Counted from the first letter of the whole stretch, positions 1 through 13,000 are shown. The stretch: DNA of 62,672 nt, filler included, from Vannella sp. (GCA_023345925.1; 4 parts of 4 records of this genome joined end to end with filler, not necessarily neighbours in it); one strand, 5' to 3'. Notes: generated by a model from the letters alone, not told the origin. Program-made: numbers and translations.

Positions 1-610
1 ATGCAGTATTGACTTTCATGAGACTCCTCAGCAGTTCACGCTCAGCTCTGGCTTCTTCTTGTGCCAGCCATCGACTCAGCGCTTCCAACAGATGGTGGAC
101 TTGGCTTCGACAACGTCGCCAGACCCCCAGGACTTGAAGGAGTTCAATGGCACTTGGCACTGGGGTGACCAGGAGATGCTCCGTGTGGTCTTCCAGCAGC
201 TGTCGGATGGTGGGTTACTCTCAATTTGACTATAGCTTGATAGGGGGCTGATGGAGGGATGTGGGAAGGATGGGAGCCACTCTCTTGGGAGTACGACTTG
301 CCCGTTGGGATCTGCCATTGCCCGGAAAGAAGCACTCGGCCGATCTATTCCTATCACTTCGTATGTACTTACCCTTTCCGCAAGCCGTGGGATGATGCCT
401 ACCTTCAGCTCTCGCGTTCTGAAAGTCTCTCTGATTGCATGCGCCAAGTCTATCGTCTCTGGTTCTCGCTCCTCGCCAAGGCACTCAACACACAGTGATC
501 CAATGGCATAGTATCATCAATGACCATGTCTTATCAACCTCAGAGCCGCCTTCTTGCTTCCTTGACGAAGATTCCAGAATGCCGGAAAACTCTCTTCGAC
601 CGGAACCCTC
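1..610 (-). CDS. Partial intron-containing hypothetical protein running off the left edge
   Basis: Open minus-strand frames (CLGEEREPETIDLAHAIRETFRTRELK..., then LEDHTEHLLVTP...ELLRSLMKVQYC open to position 1) separated by intron-like segments; no family recognised; start uncertain. Confidence 0.3.
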
Positions 611-698
611 TATTCAGTGGCCCAGAGCCAGTCCTCTTTCATAGATGATCTCCATTGGGCTTCTGATACAAGAGAAAGTCATTTCTGAGTGAACCGGA

Positions 699-1875
699 AT
701 GAAGGGGAGGAAGGGTTCGCTGCCAGCCCTTCTTGTGGTGGGCCTGGTGGTGGTTTCAGCGCTGTCTTTGGCGGGCTTGTTTGCGACGGGTGGTTGGGGA
801 ATGGATGGGATCTCTCACAGGACGCAACGGCAGCGGTGGGCTCTTCTGCAGACGTGGGAGGCGGATTACAAAGCTCTTTTGCAGGAGAAGGAGGGGATTC
901 TCCTTCGTTTACAACAGGAGGAGGAAAGGGTACATGTTAGCCGTCTTGAGGAGTACTCTTCGTCGTCCTCTCACGCTGTTGTGACGATCTTCGGTCCCAG
1001 TTTGGACCGTTGGGAGCCTGCTGCTCATTGGATCTTCCCGCTTGTGATGTTTAAGTCTCTGGAAGAGACAGGATGTCGCATTAAGCACAAACTTGCCTTC
1101 AGCCGAGTCCCTCTCGAAGAGATTCCCGAGTCAATGCGCCTGGCTTTCGCTGATCTTAGCGTACAGCTACGGTACCTGGGTTCTCCAGGTCCCATAGACT
1201 TCAAAAGTGAAGACGAAGCTCAGATATGGGCCCGTTCCCGCTTGTTTTCGGAGCTGACAGAGTTCAGCCGAGTTCTCTTCATCGACAACTATTCTTTGCT
1301 GGTAGAGAACGTTGACCACGTACTTGACCAGATTGTGGAAACAAAGGGACCTTCCTCTCTCCCAGGAGTCTTGGCAGCTCGTCAGCAGCCCGGGGAATGC
1401 CAAAGTACTCATCCTTGTATGCATCGAGTTGGCCCTTCTCCCCGCTTTTACGTGTTCCAACCCAACGTAAGAGCACTACTTCCCTCTTCTAGACTAACAA
1501 CATGGGCTAGGCCACGACTGGGCGTCTGCTGGAGGAGAAAATTGGAAACGCAGAACGCAAACTCCAAGAAATGTTCTTTCCGGACCAAGTTCGCGGGATT
1601 TTGACTTCCTCCCCGCTACCCGATGACCAGTGCGTACTCCAAACCTTTATTATTAGGCTATTCACTCATTCTCCTTCTCCTCCAGGTTTGACTGGCTTTT
1701 GGGCGAGTGCCGCTGCGACCACTTTCAAGCAGCTCGCGTTAGAAGCGTCCATTTAAGCTGTTTGAGATCGTCTGATATCTTCCTGGATGCGTTGGGGCGT
1801 TTGTGGCGGGAACGGGAGTGTGCGCACCCCTTTTTGGCTGTTTGGTTGCGTTTGTTTGCTTCGTTGTCGTTATAG
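699..1875 (+). CDS. Type II membrane glycosyltransferase family 8 (glycogenin-like)-related protein
   Basis: N-terminal TM anchor (LLVVGLVVVSALSLAGLF) plus coiled stem; RSRLFSELTEFSRVLFIDNYSLLVENVDHV resembles GT8 KLrlw.lteydkv.ylDaD.lv..niDdL but has DNY in place of DxD; inferred introns ~1467-1510 and 1630-1685 give a stop at 1875. Confidence 0.55.
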
Positions 1876-2210
1876 CTCCTGTAAATCCTTTTGTATCGGT
1901 CCTTTCTCGATTCTGAATAGCTCTCATGGACGTTTGGGTGCGTTCTGACCTCCCTGTGCTGGAAAAGGGAAGAAGTGAGAGGTCCTTTGGTGTTTTGGGT
2001 GGGGATTGTCGTTTTCTACTTCAACAGATCGACAGAAGACATCAGATTCATCTCTTTAGTGGATCAGAATGGTCAGTCGGATGCAAACAGACGGACAACC
2101 AAACGACAGATGAAGAGCCATGTGGAAGTTCTTATGATAGAGGCTTACCAACCTCAAACACCCGCTGTTGAACTCATTTTCTTTCGCCGTTTCGTTGGGA
2201 GCACGCGAAG

Positions 2211-4233
2211 ATGCCTTCTGGTGGAAAGCGGCACAAACCGTTGATCATGAAGGACCTGAACCTGTTTCTTACCAAGTTCTGTGATGACAGGGATCACCAC
2301 GACTACTCAAACTGCCTCCAATGGCACTCCAACATCTCCAAACAAATCCCCGTGGCGGACGTGAAGAAGAAGCACCTTCGGCGCATCCCCATTGAAGTGG
2401 TGGCAGGCCAAACACGCTTCCTGTATCTAGGAGAGAAGTGTCCTTACCCTGATAACTGCCCTGATGGGGCGCTCTGCTCTAAATGTCACAACGACCGCGA
2501 GTACATGTACCATCCGCTTGTTTACATGACTGTGCAGTGTAACAAGGGCGCTTTATGTCGCAATCGCTTCTGCGCTTTCTACCACACTAAACTAGAGCAG
2601 GAGGAGCAAGATAGCCGTCGCGATGCCATCTTAAAGGAGATCGCCAATGGCCGACCTGCCACGAAGCCTCCTTCTCGTCCCCCTGTGGAGGAGAGCCCTC
2701 TCGTTGCAGCTACACAGAACCTCAAAATATCTATCAAAAAGCCTCTGAAATCAGCTGCTCCTGCGGCTCCTCCTACGCCTACTTCTGCTTCGGGTTCCGT
2801 CCTCACGCCTCAACCGAAGAAGAGCCCGATTGCTCCTGTGTCCGTCAGTCCTCGACAGAGCGAGACAAAGGGATCAGAGGTTGTCTATACGAACCAGCAC
2901 GTTGGAGAGATCGACTTGGCAGCTAACCCAAGAGCTCCGCCCTCCAGGGTCAGTGAAGAGCGTGCAGGAGCGTCAGCTAGGTACTCCAATCACATATCCC
3001 CCTCTTTAGAGATCCAGAGGGACCGTCCGGTGTCTAGCAGACTCATAGGCAACACATTCGCGGGGGTTTTCACTGAGTTCGGTGTCCGCTGGCCCGTTCT
3101 GGTGCGAGAACTGGACACAAGCATGCTTGGGAACATCCCTGAGCACTACGAGATGGTCACTAAGCCCATCAGTCACCCCAATTTTGTCTGTTTGAGGAGC
3201 GCCCAGCTTGTGGGCGACCGCACCTACCTCGTGATGGACCATCCCGGCATTCCCCTTCATCAGTTCCTTCAGTCTCCACCTTCCAACCTCAAGGACATCT
3301 TGCCTTCCTTGGCAACTCAGTTGTGCCACGCTGTGGCGCACTTGCATCAAACGGGGCACCCTTTCTTGTTAGATATTGCTGTAGGACTGCCCTCGCCACT
3401 TCCAAGTCCTCTCATACTCACTCGTAGTGTAGCCAGATAATATTTTCATAGATTCAAGCATCCCGGGGGAGTGCAGACTCGTCTTGGGTGATGTAGACCG
3501 AAGTCTCACTCAAAGTCACAAAGAAAGAGAATTCTCCTTTGGCCGAGCGGCTCCTGAGCCCTCTCAGTATCATTATCACACTCCTAGATGGCCTTTACCC
3601 CAGGAGAGTCGCTCCGTATCCGTTTCAAAAGAGTCTTTTGGACTCTCTGATATGTGGAGACTTGGCTCTTTGCTCATATTCCTTTTTACTTCGGGACAAG
3701 TGATTCCTGATGAGGCCCCGGCGGCTCTGGACAAGCGAATGTTTGGGGATGGCAACATGAATTGGTATTGTTTGTGTTTCCTTCTTACCCTGCAAAGAGA
3801 AGAGCATCGCTTGCCTCCCAATCGTTTGCTTGATCATCCCACATTCTGGGCTTCCAATCATGCTCGAGTGAGTCTCTTCTGGAGTAACGTGTTTGAACAA
3901 TACGTTCCTTTCAATCTCATGGCCAGTGTTACTTCGTCTGCCAGAGAACTATTCTTCCCCTATTCTGCTTGGACAGAGCCTTTGGGGTGCTATCATGCCT
4001 CTGGCGGAGACCTATTCCCATTAATCAAAGCGATTTGTCAAAAGGAACCGAACGGAAGAGACGAAGCCGTTGAGGTTCTTGCCCGTTATTGCCAACAAAC
4101 TCAAAGCGACCCGCTCTACTTTGTCCAATCCTCCTTCCCGTGTCTCCTCTCAAAGGTGTGGGAAATTCTTTTCTACCAATTGTATTCGATCGAGTTCGAT
4201 AAGAAGTCCATGGAGACCATCTTCAGAGTCTAA
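2211..4233 (+). CDS. Tandem CCCH (Unkempt/plant RR-TZF-like) zinc finger + pseudokinase + KEN-like (IRE1/RNase L-type) protein
   Basis: CDDRDHHDYSNCLQWH...CPYPDNCPDGALCSKCH..EYMYHPLVYMTVQCNKGALCRNRFCAFYH; kinase-fold motifs HPNFV, LVMDH, LDIA|PDNIFI across intron 3381-3432; C-terminal LLDHPTFW ... DPLYFVQSSFPCLL parallels IRE1 VLKHPFFW ... FVCYFTSRFPHLL. Confidence 0.7.
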
Positions 4234-4305
4234 CTCGCGAATCTCTTATCCAAAGAGAATACACTTTTCATTATTACCATAACGCACTGAGATAGAGTCG
4301 CTGCG

Positions 4306-6593
4306 TTATTGAAGCTGCTCTAATTGTCGGTGGCTGCGGTCGGAAAGGCAGCGGCAAAGGTGAAAATAGAAAGCCGCCACCAAAGACGGATAAAGTCGAA
4401 TGAAGTCGGCTCGCAGGAAGTTGCCAGTGATAAGAAGCGCCCGCACTTCTCCCTCGCTGGCTACTAATGAGCAGCTTGCCGCTTCGTTGAGGAGGAAGCA
4501 GGTGTCCCCGTGGACTTCCAAGGGTGGGGAATGGGTGAGAAAGTAGATCGTCTCCCCCAAAGGGAGTTTTCGTTCCAACCGACAAGAGCCTTCCAGGACA
4601 ACAGCTATGAAGGAATAGATCTTGCCTTGCTCAAAGATCTTATCTCCTTTGGCATACGTCATTAATGTGGAAGCTTTGGACACTAATGGGCTGGTCAGAG
4701 TGTCCCACATGTCTTGACTGGGAAGAGGTAATGCTGATAAGGTCGCTGAGACACTTCCGAGATCAATTTGAGTTCTGTTCTCAGCTAATGCCTTTACCAA
4801 GCCACGAAACAAGCTTGCTTCAGCGGTGGTGTTGAACTTAAGCTGGGAAAAGTGAAAGATGAGTTTCAGATTTCAGACCTTCTTTCCTGTCTCTCACCTG
4901 ATAGTGCTTCAGTTTGCCAACGAATTGAAGAGAAACGTTATTTTCTTCTTGTTGAATGATTGTGAGGTCGGAGAGTGCGAACTTTGTGCGAGAACTGGAC
5001 CAATACATGTCACTTGGAGTTAACGCTATTTGCTTCTTCTCCGAGCTGCCAATAGTCACCTCTCCCTCTAAAAGATGATCAGTAAGACGTAATTACTGAT
5101 CAAACGTACCAAAGAGAATAACAGAGGCTGCCAGAGAGGGGAACGCATCAAAAAGAGACCGGGGAAGAAGAGAGCGTTGGACAGTGCCTGTAACGGTGTG
5201 GGTAGAGATAAAGCGGAGATCAAATAGTGAGGAATTGATCGAATTGACTTTTGCATGTGCACAGAGGCGGTGAGCGACAGTGGAGAGGAATCGGAAGGCT
5301 AAACGGGGAAGGAGAGGGAAGATTTGCAGTAAGAATGGCACATTCAGCTGCATGAGAGTAACAGGAGTCTTAGCAATGATCTGGAAGCTACTTTTGAACG
5401 TGCTTTGAAAGATGCTGGCCTCTGCCAGAAGGAAACCGGGCTCTTTCAGTTCTCTCAAATGCACGATTCTCTCTTCTTCCGACCGAACAATGCGCTCTAC
5501 AGCCACCACACCCGAGTGCGTGAGAAAGGCAACAGGTTCTTCTTGATCCTGCTTCACAATAATGGCTCCTTCAGCAAAGGAACGAGGCGCGCTCAGCGTC
5601 AAAAGCACATTCCAGTCCTCCGCCGTCAGCTGCGCATCAAACCACTCCGGTATCTGCGCTCTGGAGCAGAGAAGATTCTTCAAAGCCATATACTGCCTGA
5701 AGCTACTCGTTGCCCCTCTCCCGTCAGAAAACACTTTCCCAGGCAACGCAGAACGCAGGCAGAACGCACCAATCGGTAAAGTCCTCGCTTTGCTTGAACT
5801 CTGGGAACCACTCGTTCTGTAGAAGTCGAATGGCTTCATTCTGAGCAGCATCAAAGCTCCCTTTGGGCAAGAAGCGATCTGGTTTGGCTGTTTCACTGGC
5901 TTTGAAGATGTTCTCGAGTGGCAGTTTGAACTTCTCTGTAAGGTTCACTTCCTGAGGAGCAGAGGAGCTCACAAATCGGTCGAAAAGGCTTCGGCCAAGG
6001 TCAAAGGACTCTGCGAGGGAGAGGAAGGAATGTGTGCCTCGGAAGTACTCCACTTCCTTCCAAAAGTCTAACAGCTCTTCACAGTAGTGCTTAGCAAGGT
6101 AGCTACGGAAGCCAGACAGGAGGATGGGCTCTTTGAGGATCTCTTCAAGTCCTCGCGACCGTTTCGCACGGACAAGCTCCACGCTGAGAGAGAGCGCTCG
6201 CTTTCCTTCCACACGAGTGAGGAGAACAGGTCGACGACGGCTCTGAGTGGGAGACGGCTGCTCATTCACCACATTGCGAGATCGCGGGACCAACGGAGCT
6301 TGCCTCAGCAATAGTTCCGCGTTGCAGCGCTCCGCATCCTCTTCCATCAACTGATCATGTTCATGGGACAGCATAGCATGAGTCTCACTGTTTACGCCCG
6401 CACCAGGCACGAGCAACGGCCCCAGAACGGTCCGAACTTGGCGTAGCAAGTCCTTCGACGCTCTTGCTGACTGAAGGAGCGTCCGCACTAACTCCGCATG
6501 AGACACTTCAAGCAGGACACCTTCTACCTCAACAAAGCTCTCCTCGTCCACTGCAGCGGGAAGAACGCCTCCTCGAAACCCGTCCGCCTCCAT
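4306..6593 (-). CDS. RGS domain + two cyclic-nucleotide-binding domains separated by a GRAM/PH-like segment
   Basis: RGS: ILKEPILLSGFRSYLAKHYCEELLDFWKEVEYFR...FVSSSAPQEVNL...FDAAQNEAIRLLQNEWFPEF; cNBD1 RSFAEGAIIVKQDQ...GFLLAEASIF; cNBD2 TYAKGDKIFEQG...HGDTCFLL; about 3 short introns join ORFs 5724-6593, 5093-5896, 4838-5059 and 4306-4812. Confidence 0.75.
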
Positions 6594-6678
6594 CTTCTCA
6601 AAATGGCGGGAAAATGACTATTTAGAGACTATGAGGCGTTCGGAGGATCGGCTTGTGGTGTGAGGGACTTTGTTAGGT

Positions 6679-9460
6679 CTATGGAGTGTTAGATCGAAGG
6701 ATGAGAGGTAAGGGGAGTGGGTCTGACCCCATTCTGTGGCCTCGGGAGACGAGGAGGAGCTGGAGGTTGGGGAGAGTGTGGCGGAGAGTGATGATATCCA
6801 GGTTCTGAGAGTTTAGGAGTTGTTCAAGGTTCTTATTCAGCAGATAGACGGCGTATTCAAAGCGTGCTCGATCCACCCCGCGTGAATAAAGCGGAAATCT
6901 GAAACAGATTAGTGACTTGAAGAGGGCCGGAAGAGGGATTGGCGCTCACGAGCTTGCAGTTTGTGTCACAGCTGAGATTCTATCACTTATCATTGACCTA
7001 GAACAGGCGGGCGTCATCTGATAGCGTAAAGGAACATCCAACCACCGGGAGAGCATCAAAGTGACTTGACAGACAAACCCCAACGCAGTGGCGATCTCTT
7101 CTTCGGCAAACCCTCCAAAGTCAGTATTGGGAAGACGGATGCCTTGAATGCAGAGAGAGCGGTGAAGATCTTCTGTTTGTGTGATGGGGAAAACTTCCCG
7201 CAACTCCCTGATTAAGACGCTTTGCCTTGCTTCTAAAGAAAAATAAAACTCTGCCAGCTCCCCCCTAAGCATGGTTAGGCTGAAGGCTTGGTTAGGTTGA
7301 CAGTCTGACTCACTTGGAGAAGTTAATCTTCCGAACAGAGTTTTGAAGTTCTTGTTTTGAAGAGAGAAAGTCGAAAAGGCCTTTGGAAATGGAAGTGACT
7401 CGCGGGAATATCGATCCTCTGAGCAGTTCTAACTCTTCTCGCCGCTTCTGCGTGAGTTGTTTCTCCTCTTCAAGCTGCTCTTTCAATCTTCCAATGGATA
7501 TCCGAAGCATTTCACAACGCTGTCTCTAAACACTAACCGTTAGAACCTCTTCAGAAGCTGAGAGAGGCGAGGGCTCCTACTTTGTCCAAAACTAGTTTAC
7601 GAGTGTTCAGTTGATCGGATATGGATTGGCGGAGTCGTTGGTTCCGGTCTTTGGCCTTTTGGATCTTTTGTTGGCTTTTCAAAAGGTTTTGAAAGGTGCT
7701 TCGGGTGTAGCTCTGTTCCAATTGTTAATTTCCTCCTTTTCAGCACCCCCTATGATCACATAGTGACTTACTGGAGCTATTGCTTTGGGTGCCAAGTTTC
7801 TAGAATGAAGGAGGATAGCAGGGAGCAAAGGATGAGCGGCTACAATGTCTTCTTTGGCGTAGAACCCATCGCAAAGCTCCAAAATAAGGAGATTAGGAAC
7901 TGGAACGTTCACTGACTCCAAGTCCTTCTCATTTGTGAGTAAGAAGCACAGACGCCACGGGCTATCAAGTCACCTTTCCGAGATAACCAAGCCGATACAG
8001 TCGAACGCTGGTTTCTACAATGCAAGGACCCGGCAGAGCCTTTCCCTGTTGTGAGCACTCCCAAACCCGCAAAGTAAACCGTGGTAAACGCCCAAATCTC
8101 TCCTCTGGAGGCCCATCGAGGAGGAGTTCCCAGGTTGGATTCTTCCACCAAAAGTCAGAGAGCTCAGCCTTTCTCTCGTTTGGAAGGGCAACCTACCAGA
8201 GTCATTGCTGAAGGGTAACTCTTAAACAAGACCTCATCAATCGGCGTTGAAGGTGTCCCAACAAACGGGTGCACAGTGAAGTAGAGCGGAGTGACAGCTT
8301 CGCACCCTTCGTAAGTGACATTCCGGAGATGCACACTGCGAATGTGACGAGCCCTGCGCTGTTCTGGTACTACGTTGGCATCCCCGTTGGGAATTTGAAC
8401 CTTTCCTGTCCTCCCCCGTCTAGTTCTGCGAGCAAAACCGGCTGGTGGGGTCGTTTGGCCCGTGGGAGAAAGGGAAAGAAGCAGTTCTTGCGGAATTGCA
8501 CTTATCATGCTCTCAACACTTTCTTCTTCCGCCTCTTCCTCGTCACTGGAGTCGTCTACTCGACTAGCTGCTGCTTTTTGAGCGAGGAATTCATCAATGA
8601 CCTCGAGTGTGGCACTTGCGTGCTCTGAAACCTTCATGGGCGTACCATAAGCCCCCTAGATCAGCTAGTAAGCTCAAGAGTGCTGTAAGTGTCTGAGAGT
8701 CGCCCCTAACCTCGATATCTAACGATGCACCAGCTTCGAGGAGCCTCAGCACAGCTTCACGTTGCCCTGCTCGGCACGCAAAGTGGAGAGGCGTTTCTCC
8801 ATATGTCGTGGTCTTCTCTACGTCTGCTCCATTCGCCAAGAGCCAGTCTATCGCGATGTGGCAACCCTCCAGGGACGCCTGATGCAAAGGAGTCTCCCCG
8901 TTGTGGTTCTCAGCATTGACGTCTTGTCCTAACACTCGCATAGTATCCATCACAGACCTAAACAAGTCCTGTTGCTTCGGGTGGACCTTAAAACGAACCA
9001 AATAGTGAAACGCGGTCGTCCCTAACCAGAAGAGTTAGCCCTCCTCTCAAGAGGATCCTTTCCAACATAAAGACAAGTACACACCAGAGTCGTTACGCAG
9101 AGTGATGTCTGCATGGCGGCTGAGGAAGATCTGGGTGACCTCGAGGTGAGAGTGCTTCGCAGCACAGTGAAGAGGAGACCAATCGTTTCTATCCTTCTTA
9201 TTGATGTCTGCCCCGTGTTGCAGGAAGAGACAGATGAGGTCAAAGTGACCCTCCGTAGCGGCAACGTGAAGCGGGTTCTGGTTCCATTGGGCGATTGGGC
9301 GATTCACCAACAGCGCGCCCTCCGCCCTCTCCTCAGCCTCCTCCAACAACCTCTCAATCTCCTCAATACAGTTCCTCCGCACCATTTGCTCCGTCAGCAG
9401 AGCCACGGGAACCTCCGTTGGGGTCGTCTCCACCACCATCCCCTCCGCCCCTCCAGACAA
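6679..9460 (-). CDS. UVRAG: UVRAG/Vps38 (class III PI3K complex II subunit) with N-terminal ankyrin repeats
   Basis: Ankyrin motifs NPLHVAA, SPLHCAA, GETPLHQA, GETPLHFAC; UVRAG signature EQRRARHIRSVHLRNV...YFTVH...NPTW (C2); C-terminal EEEIATALGFVCQ...LDVPLRY...SRSMISD and FEYAVYLLNKNLEQL...LRHTLPNL; multiple ~45-55 nt introns. Confidence 0.8.
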
Positions 9461-10028
9461 TGAAGGGAAGGCCCCAACGACGCAGGAATGGCCCTGATTC
9501 TTTGAGTAGAACCCACTACATCATGAAAGGGCATTCTTTGGGATGCCTTTGGGCGAGCACACGCTCCTTCTCTCCCTCGAAGGAGGCCTTTACGCTTTTG
9601 GACACCACAGCAAGGGCCAAGTCGGTAACAGACAGAAGTATGATCAATGGTAACCAGCAGAGATCCCCTGGAATGCCCCGCAGCCGGTGCAGGTGGACTG
9701 GGGATGGGAAACTCCCTCGTTCTTCACGCGGAGGGAGGTGTGTGGGAAGCTGGTCAACTCCAGTCTTCGTTTACTACCTTTCAGCGAGTTATAGAGGAGC
9801 AACCATGTATCGTGCGTGGACCAATTCAAGGCATTACACCAAGGGGGGGTTTGGAGGGGCGAAAACATGGCAGACTTACAAAAGCTCTGCCTGTCCCCGC
9901 TTCAGTCACCTCCCTGTCCTCAGACAGGACGAGCGATGAAGAAAGTACCTGGTGACTGGCGGAAGAGTCAGCTTCCCTGTGCACGGCAAGTCCGTTGCAA
10001 TGTTGAAGGGGATCAAAGGAAAGCCAGT

Positions 10029-13000
10029 TCATTCATTAACGTGACATGTATCATCTTCAAGTCCAAAACTAAAAGCGAGGGGATCTTTGCTTTTCGGTCC
10101 CAGCATCCGAAGGGCCTCTGCGAGGTCTGTGTCGACAATCAGGAACTTTTTCTTTTCAATGAAGCTCTCGAAATCGGCGTCAGTGAACCTCCACCTCTTG
10201 GCACATTCTGTCCTTATGGGATCCCCGTTTACTGTTTGTCTAATCAGCGCTTTCTTCACTGCCTTCTTGCATTTGTCATTGGACGAAAGGTTAGAGTTAC
10301 CTTGACGTACAAGTTGCCACATGCTGTCTGACCCTACTTTCAGCGTACTGATTTCCCTCAATTGGCATAATGCGAGATTGTTCCTGTTGGCCCACGTGGA
10401 ATTGAGTTGCTCCGCGAGTGTTGCCTCGTGGATTGCTTTTGTCATGAGCTTCCGTTGTCGGTACATCCTGGAGATTAAAACGTGCATGGCAGAGACGAAG
10501 GCATTCTGTTCGCCATCGCGCCAGAACTGGGAAATGTCATTAATCTTCATCTCCTCGTACAAATCGGGCAACGAACCATCCTCTTCGTTTAAGTACCAGC
10601 TAACGAGTTTGCTAAACTGTTGTCTCTCATCTCTGTGACACAGAAGATGCAAAATGAGACTGTTCAGTTCTGAAGGGCGCATCAGATTGCTCAAACGAGA
10701 GAGCATCTCCAAGAGAGTATTGAAGATTCCTTGCCTCAGTTGAATACCACAAGTTTCCACAGTGATAGTGGCAATCAGTGGGTGCCACATTGACAGTCCT
10801 TTGGAGTTTTGGATCAAAAGAGATCCAATCCGAAGCAAAGGCTCAAAGCTGTCAGCCTCAACAGGAAGCCAATGGAAGTCACGGCCAGCAAAGAGACACA
10901 GAAAGGCCAAATCTCCCAAGTGGCTCTTTGCGATTGATCCTGTATCCAGTTTGGACTTGGACACAAACTCGTTGATGTCCGATTGGACAAAATCCCTAAG
11001 ACTTGGCATGGATTTTGAGGAAGAGGGGATCCAGTCCTGCATGGATCTGAAGCAAGGTAGAAGGAAGTTCAACAAATGTCGATCCATTGACCGTTCACAA
11101 TTGGCTAGTCTGCGCAGTAAAGGCATCTGTTTCATGGTAGGAAAGACGACTTGAAGACGGTCACACAACCTCGAAACGTCAACCTGCTTAACAATGGGGC
11201 TAGCAAAGAAGAAGGGATAAGACTGATCACCAGTCTGAGTATGGCGTAAATCGGTTGTTATCAGAAGCAGAACAACTCTGCTTCTGGCAAGCTTCTCCTT
11301 GACAACCTCCAATTCCCATTCCTCCGGCTCATCCATCACGAAGATTGTGGGTGATTGGTACTCGGCCAGGTTGTCCAAAAAGCTGTTGAACTTTGATTTG
11401 TTGGCTGGAGCCTCGACGATTCGTAACTCCGAACAGCGTTGTATTGCTCGAAAAGCAGCGATTTTACCCAAAGAGGATGCGGTGCTCCACTTACAAAGCT
11501 TCAGAATCTTCACAGTTGCCAATTGCCCACTGTTTGATTGGGTTTCAGATGCAATCCTGATCGCCTTAGCAATTCCCTCAGTGGTAAAGGAATCTGTTGG
11601 CCACGCAAGCCCAAGAACTTCAAAGTCATATCCAATTGCTACCTGATTAATCATCCTGTTGGCTGCCTCATGGAGCATATTCAGCTTAGGCTTAGTGGGT
11701 CGCCTGGCTGTCCGACCAATGAAGGTCGCTCCAAGTTGTAACAAGTTACTTGCGGGAGATGGAGGCCCATTTGGGGGAAGAAACAAATCATCAACAATAT
11801 CTTCAGGTTTAAGAAACTCTAACAGGGCTTGTGCTGCACTCCCACAAGGTGCCTGTACGAGAAGACGGTATTTGAGATCCGGTAATTGACGGCGAAGGAC
11901 GGTCAGCCAGTGGGTAATGATTTGATTGTATGTCTTATCGTCAGTCAATTCAACGATTATAACGCAACCCAGCGCCTTCTGATCACAGTCTTTAAGAAGA
12001 AATGGTCGTTCCGCCCCATCAGATTCTACAAGACATGTAATCCCTTTTTTGAAGTGATCCCTCCTTGGAGTTTGTGCATGTTCCGGTGCCACAAGAGCGA
12101 TTGAGCAATGCAATTCGTTCTCGACCAGGCACCTTGCTTCCTGAGAGGGGGTTGGGTGTGACCATAACCAGATATCAAGGGGAGTCAAGAATGTTGTCTC
12201 GAATACGGCCCTCATTGATGTTGGTTCCTTTCGCAGTCCATGAAGTTTGGTTTTGGAAAGGAGAAAGTGGTTGGATGTTCCTTTCATCTCGAAATCAAAG
12301 GTGAAAACACGCCGCCTCCAGGTAACTGCGTTTCTGTTTTCAATTGCGTTTACCTTAGATTCTGTAGGGTTGGTATATCCAATCGCATACGCATCTGGTT
12401 TCCTGGTACGTTTCAGTAACACGCACTCTCCTAAAGAGAAAGCCTCCAGTTGATCCATCCGGCACAATTTCTGAAACTGTTTCAGACTACCTTCAAACCA
12501 ACCGGAAGATGGGGCTCCGGGTTGGGTAATTCCAAAGTAGAACGGCCCATCAACTTTGGGAGGGAATGTACAGAACATTGTGCAGACACACTCTATTGGT
12601 GGCCAAAGACCAAGAAGCCATTTGGTCAGTCCTTGTTTTACCGAGAGAGCAACTGCTGAGTTCTCAATCAAAACCCCGATGGCTTGACGAGAATCGTTCA
12701 CGCCAATGCTGAAGCGAAAGTTGGTCCCTGCCCTGAGAAATGGGAGCAAGGATACTCTCAGTACCTTCGTAATGCTACTTGCTGAGACTCCCCACTTTGC
12801 GAGGTGCTTGTACCCATTAGAACTGTCTTCGTTTGGCCAAGGACCGTTCAAGTCTGGTAAAGCGCCTCCTTCGTTGACCTCGAGCTTCCTAGTAGACGAA
12901 GCTTGAGCCCAATTTGGCCTCGTGGCAAGAGTTGCGGCAATCCAGCTGCTGTGCTGGATCATCTGGGTGAGAGCATGCCCTCTAACTTTGAGCCACTCCA

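Noticed and set aside
9480..10020. ORFs 9295-9939, 9647-9955 and 9816-10331 between UVRAG and the SAMD9-like gene
   Set aside because: No recognisable motifs, and partly antisense overlaps of real genes; cannot be supported as genes.
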